Assembly (NCBI GenBank): GCA_964550285.1
Contig: CAZJYN010000001.1
Span: 50,620 to 114,619 of the forward strand
Length of the DNA: 64,000 nucleotides
Source of the DNA: an uncultured Rubrivirga sp.
GTDB lineage: Bacteria > Actinomycetota > Actinomycetes > S36-B12
Direction: 5' to 3'
Part shown: positions 57,976 to 64,000 of the stretch, piece after piece
How positions within the stretch are numbered: position 1 is the first letter of the stretch
Layout of the letters: each line of letters opens with the position of its first letter
The notes under the pieces: generated by a model
What the model saw: the letters and a program-made list of their open reading frames with translations, nothing else
Told to the model about the DNA's origin: nothing
The model's database searches: none
Position numbers and translations under genes: made by a program

Positions 57976-57981
57976 TAGCAT
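57976..57981 (+). promoter_or_regulatory. -10 hexamer TAGCAT, predicted leaderless promoter of msrB
   Basis: TANNNT; 6-nt spacer to ATG 57988. Confidence 0.45.
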
Positions 57982-57987
57982 CGCGGT

Positions 57988-58446
57988 ATGTCCGCATCGA
58001 CACCGGCAAGCGACGGCAATACCCGCCCAGACGGCTCCACTTACCCCGAGGCCCGAAGTGAGGACGAGTGGCGTGAGCGCCTCTCCGCCCAGGAGTACTA
58101 CGTCCTGCGTGAGGCGGGAACCGAGCCACCGTGGGTCGGTGAGTACACCGATGCCAAGGCCACCGGGGTGTACACCTGCCGAGCCTGCGGCTACGAGCTG
58201 TTCCGAAGCGACACCAAGTTCGATTCGCATTGCGGTTGGCCTAGCTTCTTCGCTCCACTAGCCGGTGATCGGGTGATCTATCTCCAGGATCGCTCCTTGG
58301 GCCAGATCCGTACCGAAGTGCGGTGTGCGGCGTGCGGCGGGCACCTCGGCCATGTCTTCGAGGGCGAAGGCTTTCCCACCCCGACCGACCAGCGCTACTG
58401 CATCAATTCGCTATCGGTGCGCCTTGTCGAAGACGCAGGCTCCTAG
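57988..58446 (+). CDS. msrB: peptide-methionine (R)-S-oxide reductase
   Basis: CRACGYELF...HCGWPSFF...RCAACGGHLGHVFEGEGF, with both CxxC zinc pairs. Confidence 0.95.
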   Translation: MSASTPASDGNTRPDGSTYPEARSEDEWRERLSAQEYYVLREAGTEPPWVGEYTDAKATGVYTCRACGYELFRSDTKFDSHCGWPSFFAPLAGDRVIYLQDRSLGQIRTEVRCAACGGHLGHVFEGEGFPTPTDQRYCINSLSVRLVEDAGS

Positions 58447-58483
58447 TGCGGCGTGGCCCGCTTCGCTGGGCTGCTGATCGCCG

Positions 58484-58489
58484 TAGCCT
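58484..58489 (+). promoter_or_regulatory. -10 hexamer TAGCCT, predicted leaderless promoter
   Basis: TANNNT; 6-nt spacer to GTG 58496. Confidence 0.45.
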
Positions 58490-58495
58490 GCTCGG

Positions 58496-59185
58496 GTGCA
58501 CACGGTCTCCGGTCCCGATACTCGCTTCGCGGAAGTAGCCGACCGGGCTGCTACCACCGAGATCCGGCCTGAGTTCGAGATCTCGCCGGCACCCTCACCG
58601 TCTCGCTTGGCTCCGCACGCGTGCACCTTGACGGCCGTTGCCGTCGCCGAAGGCGACCAACCCGGATGGGAATCCGCGTCCGGTCGTTTCGTGCTCTTGC
58701 ACGACCCCGACGGAGTCGACGAATGGCAGGGCAGCTACCGCGCGGTTATCTTCGCCCGCTGCGAAGTGGAGGCTGAGATGCTCGCCGACCCCCTCGTGCA
58801 CGAAGTCGCTTGGAGTTGGACCCTGGAGGCCCTAGCCCCGTTGCGGGCCAGCCAGGCCGGTGGCACCGTCACGGTCTCCACCGGTAATTCGTTCGGGATG
58901 ATGGCCGATCGGCGTCCGGACGGACTGATCGAGGTACGAGCCTCCTGGACTCCCGGCCTGCTAGATGACCCGGTGATAGCTGCGACGCAAACCGGCACTA
59001 CCAGCGGCGCTACTAGCGGCACTGCCACCGACACTGCACCCGAAACTGCCACCGACGCCAACCTCGGCGATGACATCGATGATCATGTGCGAGCCTGGAT
59101 CGACGTTCTGGCCAGGCTCGCCGGACTGCCACCGCTGCCACCGGGCGTGCCGACGGTGACCGCCCGACGCGCCCGCGGCTCGTGA
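58496..59185 (+). CDS. DUF3000 domain-containing protein (Rv2680-like)
   Basis: 229 aa. Lies immediately upstream of, and overlaps by 4 nt, the RNase D-like gene, as in mycobacteria. Thr/Ala/Gly-rich insert near the C-terminus. Confidence 0.7.
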   Translation: MHTVSGPDTRFAEVADRAATTEIRPEFEISPAPSPSRLAPHACTLTAVAVAEGDQPGWESASGRFVLLHDPDGVDEWQGSYRAVIFARCEVEAEMLADPLVHEVAWSWTLEALAPLRASQAGGTVTVSTGNSFGMMADRRPDGLIEVRASWTPGLLDDPVIAATQTGTTSGATSGTATDTAPETATDANLGDDIDDHVRAWIDVLARLAGLPPLPPGVPTVTARRARGS

Positions 59186-60474
59186 GCCAGGCGCCGGCAC
59201 AGCCGGCCGAGCCCACCGGGCCCACCGGGCCCACCGGGCCCACCGAGCAACTCCCACCGCTGGAACTAGCCGATGGCCCACCGGGAGTCATCAGCGAGCC
59301 CGAGGAATTGCAGCGATACGCCCAAGCACTGGCTGCGGGAAGCGGTTCGGTCGGCTTGGACGCCGAGCGCGCATCGGGTTACCGCTACTCCCAACGCGCC
59401 TACCTGGTCCAGATTCGTCGCCAAGGGGCCGGAACCGCGCTCATCGATCCGATCGCGTTACCCGACCTTTCGATCATCAGCGCTGCCATCGGCGACGCCG
59501 AATGGATCCTGCATGCCGCTACGCAGGATCTGCCCTGCCTGGCCGAAGTGGGCATGCTGCCCACGAACCTGTTCGACACCGAATTGGCCGGACGCCTACT
59601 CGGCCGCGATCGGGTGAGCCTCGCGGCGCTGGTAGGCAGCGAACTTGGCCGGCACCTAGCCAAGGGACACGGCGCCACCGATTGGTCGGTGCGGCCGCTG
59701 TCATCGGAGCAACTGCGTTACGCGGCGCTCGACGTAGAACCACTGGTCGAACTGCGAGACGTCCTCGCTGCGGAACTGCAGGCCGCGGGGCGCTGGGATT
59801 CAGCGCAGCAGGAATTCGCCCACCTGCGCAATTTCCGCCCGCGGGACAAAGGACCCGACGAGTGGCGTCGCTTGTCGGGCATGCACAAGTTGCGCAGCGC
59901 CCGCCAATGGGGGATCGCCCGGGAGATGTGGCGGGAAAGGGATGACATCGCCCGGGAGAAGGACATCGCCCCGGGCCGGATACTTCCGGATTCGGCCATC
60001 ATCGCCGCGGTACGTGCAACTCCGGATTCCAAGGACGCCCTGTTGGCCACCGAAGGCTTCCATGGCCGAGGTGCGGGCCGCTACGCCCGTTCGTGGTGGT
60101 CTGCGTTGCAGCGTGGGCGCGAGTTGCCCGAGGCTGAGTTGCCGGAGCGAAGTCCGCGCGGGGACGGGCCTCCCCCACCTCGATCTTGGGCCGAACGCAA
60201 TCCGCCCGCGCACGCGCGGTTGACCATCGCGCGCGAAGGCATCGCGCAGGTGGCCGAGCGCTGGCAGGTGGCACCGGAGATCGTGCTGTCTCCCGAACTG
60301 GTGCGTCGGCTGTGCTGGGATCCGCCGGACGGGTCGGCGAGCGGGTCGGCGAGCGGTACGGCAGGCACTTCCATACGCGAGTTCCTCGCTGGCTCCGGGG
60401 CCCGCCCCTGGCAGATCGACGCATGCCTGCCGGTGTTGATCGAAGCCCTGGCTAACGAAGTTACTAGCGAGTAA
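59182..60474 (+). CDS. rnd: ribonuclease D-like 3'-5' exonuclease with HRDC domain
   Basis: DEDD motifs GLDAERASGY, ILHAATQDLPCL, YAALDVEPL; HRDC region ARQWGIAREMWRERDDIAREKDIAPGRILPD. Confidence 0.85.
   Translation: MSQAPAQPAEPTGPTGPTGPTEQLPPLELADGPPGVISEPEELQRYAQALAAGSGSVGLDAERASGYRYSQRAYLVQIRRQGAGTALIDPIALPDLSIISAAIGDAEWILHAATQDLPCLAEVGMLPTNLFDTELAGRLLGRDRVSLAALVGSELGRHLAKGHGATDWSVRPLSSEQLRYAALDVEPLVELRDVLAAELQAAGRWDSAQQEFAHLRNFRPRDKGPDEWRRLSGMHKLRSARQWGIAREMWRERDDIAREKDIAPGRILPDSAIIAAVRATPDSKDALLATEGFHGRGAGRYARSWWSALQRGRELPEAELPERSPRGDGPPPPRSWAERNPPAHARLTIAREGIAQVAERWQVAPEIVLSPELVRRLCWDPPDGSASGSASGTAGTSIREFLAGSGARPWQIDACLPVLIEALANEVTSE
59211..59246 (+). repeat. in-frame 9-bp tandem repeat (gcccaccgg x3 + gcccaccga), encodes PTGPTGPTGPTE
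   Basis: Four contiguous 9-mers, the last with one mismatch, in the N-terminal tail of the RNase D-like protein. Confidence 0.9.
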
Positions 60475-60503
60475 CATAATCGGGGCCAAGGTTAGGAGCC
60501 CTC

Positions 60504-61700
60504 ATGCGCACCATCGAACCGGTCGTCTTCGTCGACGGCGCCCGTACCCCTTTCGCACGCGCCGGAAGCCTGTATTCCGATACGCGTGCCGACGACCTCA
60601 TGGTGAAGGTCATCCGCGAACTGCTGCGCCGGAACCCGAACGTGCCCGCCGAGCGCATCGATGACGTCGCGATCGCCGCAGCCACCCAAACCGGTGATCA
60701 GGGCATGAACATCGGACGCTCGGTTGCGCTACTAGCCGGCTTGCCCTCCACCGTGCCCGGCTACTCCATCGACCGCTGGTGTGCCGGCGCGATGACAGCT
60801 GTCACGACACTTTCCGGCGCCATCATGTCCGGGGCCTACGACCTCGCCATCGCCGGCGGAGTCGAGCACATGACCCATCACCCGATGGGCGAGGGCATCG
60901 ACCCGAATCCGCGGTACCTAGCAGAAAAGATCGTCGACCCCGAAGCCCTGCTGATGGGCAAGACCGCTGAGAACTTGCACGACCGCTTCGCACACTTGAC
61001 CAAGGAACGCGCCGACGCCTTCGCCGTCGGCAGCCAGGAGAAGACAGCCAAGGCCTACGCCAACGGTTTGTTACAACCCGACCTCGTTCCGGTCGCAGTG
61101 CGCGACACCGCGAATGGTTGGGGCTACGTGACCGTCGATGAGGGTCCACGCCCGGGCACGTCGATGGAGGGGCTAGCCGGATTGAAGACCCCATTTCGCC
61201 CACACGGACGGGTCACAGCCGGAAACGCCTCCGCGCTTACCGATGGCGCAACAGGGGCGATATTGGCTTCGGAGTCGATAGCCCGCGAACTCGAACTCAC
61301 GCCCAAGATGCGCATGGTGGGATTCGCTTTCGCAGGGGTCGAGCCCGAGGTGATGGGCGTCGGCCCGGTTCCGGCTACCGAGAAGGCCTTGGGTAAAGCG
61401 GGCCTGACCATCGAGGACATCGACCTGTTCGAGATCAACGAGGCATTCGCCGTCCAGGTCTTGGCGTTCTTGGATCACTTCGGTATCGACGACGCCGATC
61501 CTCGCGTGAACCCGATGGGAGGTGCGATCGCAGTCGGCCATCCGCTGGCCTCCAGCGGTATCCGGCTCATGACGAACCTGGCGCGGGACTTCCAAGCCAA
61601 CCCCGATGCCCGCTACGGCATCACGACCATGTGTATCGGTCTGGGCATGGGCGGAACCGTGATCTGGGAGCGCGTGGACAGCGAGGAGGACAACCGATGA
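60504..61700 (+). CDS. fadA: acetyl-CoA C-acyltransferase (thiolase)
   Basis: Active-site Cys DRWCAGAMTA; C-terminal NPMGGAIAVGHPLASSG and MCIGLGMG; SD aggag upstream. Confidence 0.9.
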   Translation: MRTIEPVVFVDGARTPFARAGSLYSDTRADDLMVKVIRELLRRNPNVPAERIDDVAIAAATQTGDQGMNIGRSVALLAGLPSTVPGYSIDRWCAGAMTAVTTLSGAIMSGAYDLAIAGGVEHMTHHPMGEGIDPNPRYLAEKIVDPEALLMGKTAENLHDRFAHLTKERADAFAVGSQEKTAKAYANGLLQPDLVPVAVRDTANGWGYVTVDEGPRPGTSMEGLAGLKTPFRPHGRVTAGNASALTDGATGAILASESIARELELTPKMRMVGFAFAGVEPEVMGVGPVPATEKALGKAGLTIEDIDLFEINEAFAVQVLAFLDHFGIDDADPRVNPMGGAIAVGHPLASSGIRLMTNLARDFQANPDARYGITTMCIGLGMGGTVIWERVDSEEDNR

Positions 61701-63787
61701 CCGAAGCCACGACCACCTTCCCCGACGAAGTCGTAACCGAAGCCCGATTGCGCTTGGTGGAGATCCCCTCGGGCACCTTCGGTTTGATCACGGTGGACAA
61801 CGGTCGTGATCACACCCGTCCCTCGACCTTCGGCCCTCAGGGCCTGGAGTCTTTGGGACAGGCGATCGATGAGGCCATCGCTACCCCTGGCATCGTCGGC
61901 ATCGGGGTTACCGGGAAGCCGTTCATCTTCGCGGTCGGAGCAGATCTTTCCGCCATCGGCGTGGTCAGCGATCCGGCCATCATCGACTCTTTCGCGCGAC
62001 TGGGCCACGACGTCTTCCGCAAGCTCGGCGAATGCGCGGTGCCCACCTTCGCGTTCGTGGGCGGTGCCGCGATGGGCGGCGGGTTGGAGTTGGCGCTGCA
62101 TTGCCGCTACCGCACCTTGGACTCCACCGCGGCCGGCCTTTCGCTCCCGGAGGTCTTCCTCGGTCTGGTTCCCGGGTGGGGTGGGGCATGGTTGCTGCCG
62201 AATCTGATCGGCCCACAGCGCGCCCTGGACGTCATCATCAACAACTCGATGAACCAAAACAAGCAGTTGCGACCAGCGCAGGCGCTCGACCTGGGCATCG
62301 TCGATGTGCTCTTCGAAGCGCAGGACTTCCTCGAGCGATCGCTGGCCTGGGCCGACGATGTCATCGCCGGACGAGTGGAGGTGCCTCGGGCCGAAGTCGA
62401 TCGTGCGAGCTGGGATCAGGTGGTCGACGGTTATCGAGCCGGAGTCGAGGCCCGGATCCACGGCGCCACTCCGGCGCCCTACCGCGCCTTGGATCTGGTC
62501 CAAGCAGCCAAGACCCGCACCCGCGACGAAGGCTTCGCCGCCGAGGATGCCGCCTTGAGCGAACTCGTCATGGGCGATGACCTTCGAGCTTCGCTGTACG
62601 CCTTCGATTTGGTGCAAAAGCGCGCGAAGCGGCCGTTTGGTGCGCCGGATAAACAACTCGCCCGCCCGGTCACCAAGGTGGGGATCGTGGGCGCGGGCCT
62701 CATGGCCAGCCAACTGGCCATGCTGTTCATCCGCAGACTGCAGGTGCCGGTCGTGATGAGCGACCTGGACCAAGAACGGGTGGATGCCGGTATCGCACGG
62801 GTGCACGCCGACATCGACGCGCTCGCGGCCAAGGGTCGCATCAACGCCGACAAGGCGGGGCGATTCAAAGGCCTTATCCGTGGCTGCGTGGGAACCGCCG
62901 ACTTCGCCGATGCGGACTTCGTCCTCGAGGCGGTCTTCGAGGATCTGGACATCAAGAAGAAGGTGTTCGCGCAACTCGAGGAGGTCGTGCGGCCCGATTG
63001 CGTCCTTGCGACCAATACGTCGTCGTTGTCCGTCAGCGCCATGGCCGATGACCTTGCCCATCCCGAACGGGTTGTGGGCTTCCACTTCTTCAATCCTGTT
63101 GCGGTCATGCCGCTGCTGGAGATAGCGCGCGCCGACAAGACCGACGATGCATCCCTGGCGACCGCCTTCGCGGTGGCCAAGGAGTTGAAGAAGTCCGCGG
63201 TACTCGTCGCGGATGCACCGGCATTCGTCGTGAATCGGCTGCTGATCCGGTATCTGGCGGAGATCACCAAGGCCGTCGATGAGGGCGCGGACTTCGAGGT
63301 AGCCGACCGTGCCATGGATCCGCTTGGTTTGCCGATGAGCCCGTTCGCCCTGTTGCAACTCGTGGGGATGGGCGTCGCCGCACACGTGTCGCAGTCCATG
63401 CACCGCGCCTTCCCGGACCGCTACTACCTATCTGCGAACCTGCAGCGCATGCTCGATGCCGGGATCGACGGGGTTTGGATCTGGAACGAAGATGGTTCGC
63501 GGAATCTCGATCCCCGGCTCGCAGACGTCTACCAGCGCGGCGACACGGCACTCGATGAACACCAGATCCGGTCGCGGGCCTTGTCCGCGCTCGCAGACGA
63601 GGCCCGCCGAATGCTCGACGATGGGGTGGTTGGCGAGGCCCAAGACATCGACTTGTGCATGATCCTCGGCGCGGGCTGGCCCTTCTGGCTGGGCGGACTA
63701 ACGCCCTATTTGGATCGGACCGGGGTGTCCGAGGAAGTCACGAATCGACGCTTCCTGGAACCGGGGGTTGCTTCACTGCCTGGGTAA
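61697..63787 (+). CDS. fadB: multifunctional fatty-acid oxidation protein (enoyl-CoA hydratase / 3-hydroxyacyl-CoA dehydrogenase)
   Basis: Start at ATG 61697 (ATGA overlap with the fadA stop). Crotonase N-half, then the NAD motif VGIVGAGLMASQ and the HFFNP motif. Confidence 0.9.
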   Translation: MTEATTTFPDEVVTEARLRLVEIPSGTFGLITVDNGRDHTRPSTFGPQGLESLGQAIDEAIATPGIVGIGVTGKPFIFAVGADLSAIGVVSDPAIIDSFARLGHDVFRKLGECAVPTFAFVGGAAMGGGLELALHCRYRTLDSTAAGLSLPEVFLGLVPGWGGAWLLPNLIGPQRALDVIINNSMNQNKQLRPAQALDLGIVDVLFEAQDFLERSLAWADDVIAGRVEVPRAEVDRASWDQVVDGYRAGVEARIHGATPAPYRALDLVQAAKTRTRDEGFAAEDAALSELVMGDDLRASLYAFDLVQKRAKRPFGAPDKQLARPVTKVGIVGAGLMASQLAMLFIRRLQVPVVMSDLDQERVDAGIARVHADIDALAAKGRINADKAGRFKGLIRGCVGTADFADADFVLEAVFEDLDIKKKVFAQLEEVVRPDCVLATNTSSLSVSAMADDLAHPERVVGFHFFNPVAVMPLLEIARADKTDDASLATAFAVAKELKKSAVLVADAPAFVVNRLLIRYLAEITKAVDEGADFEVADRAMDPLGLPMSPFALLQLVGMGVAAHVSQSMHRAFPDRYYLSANLQRMLDAGIDGVWIWNEDGSRNLDPRLADVYQRGDTALDEHQIRSRALSALADEARRMLDDGVVGEAQDIDLCMILGAGWPFWLGGLTPYLDRTGVSEEVTNRRFLEPGVASLPG

Positions 63788-64000
63788 TCGGCGACGTGTC
63801 GCGGCCGTTGCGTTGGGCTGCGACCCATTCGACGATGTCGCGGGAGATGTGCTGTCCGGTGAGTCCGGCCTCTTGAAGGACGTCGGCGCGCTTGGCGTGG
63901 TCGAGGAAGCGGCGTGGAATCCCGAAGGTGCGTACCGGGATATCTAGACCTGCGTCCTGCAAGGCCAATTGCACCGAAGACCCAATGCCGCCCGAGCGCA
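63738..64000 (-). CDS. dxs: 1-deoxy-D-xylulose-5-phosphate synthase, C-terminal fragment (continues beyond window)
   Basis: The frame is open to the window edge (...RSGGIGSSVQLALQDAGLDIPVRTFGIPRRFLDHAKRADVLQEAGLTGQHISRDIVEWV), matching the Dxs C-terminus. The Met in the ORF track is an internal GTG Val. Confidence 0.8.
   Translation of the reverse strand, partial: RSGGIGSSVQLALQDAGLDIPVRTFGIPRRFLDHAKRADVLQEAGLTGQHISRDIVEWVAAQRNGRDTSPITQAVKQPPVPGSVDS

Noticed and set aside
63738-63787. 50-nt convergent 3' overlap between fadB and dxs.
   Set aside because: Both C-termini are poorly conserved tails, and either stop could simply lie late. There is no sequence feature suggesting regulated antisense interaction. 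It is recorded only as an annotation caveat.

Overview
High-GC (by eye about 65-70% GC) actinobacterial chromosomal core segment, almost entirely coding. From memory, the gene order matches Mycobacterium tuberculosis block by block:
- pgsA2-gcvH-garA-merR-DUF151-merR-gcvP (Rv1822-Rv1832-like)
- rbpA / fxsA-ppm1-lnt
- M24 peptidase, 5'-3' exonuclease, helY, tatC-tatA
- the complete Pup-proteasome system: pafC-pafB-[two FKBP]-pafA-prcA-prcB-pup-dop-arc
- trmI, RecB-like nuclease, PAC2 protein, pgi, gnd
- mshC with the SCO1664/DUF3090/phosphomutase triad
- corA, uppP, msrB, DUF3000-rnd, fadA-fadB and the 3' end of dxs

Non-coding features are a tandem glycine riboswitch before gcvP, tRNA-Leu(GAG), a decaying 60-bp palindromic tandem repeat after gcvP, several short tandem repeats and one long hairpin. 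The only accessory-looking patch is 11.2-12.9 kb (repeat array, gene remnant, SAM methyltransferase, vapBC). I see no CRISPR, IS element, integrase or recognisable defence system.

The most useful sequence-level observation is that 17 operon-initial genes carry a TANNNT hexamer exactly 6 nt upstream of the start codon, which predicts leaderless mRNAs.

I do not see a convincing wholly new system. The best candidates for undescribed biology are:
- the mshC-linked kinase-like/DUF3090/phosphomutase operon
- the FKBP pair and PAC2 protein associated with the Pup-proteasome locus
- a zinc-ribbon GarA variant
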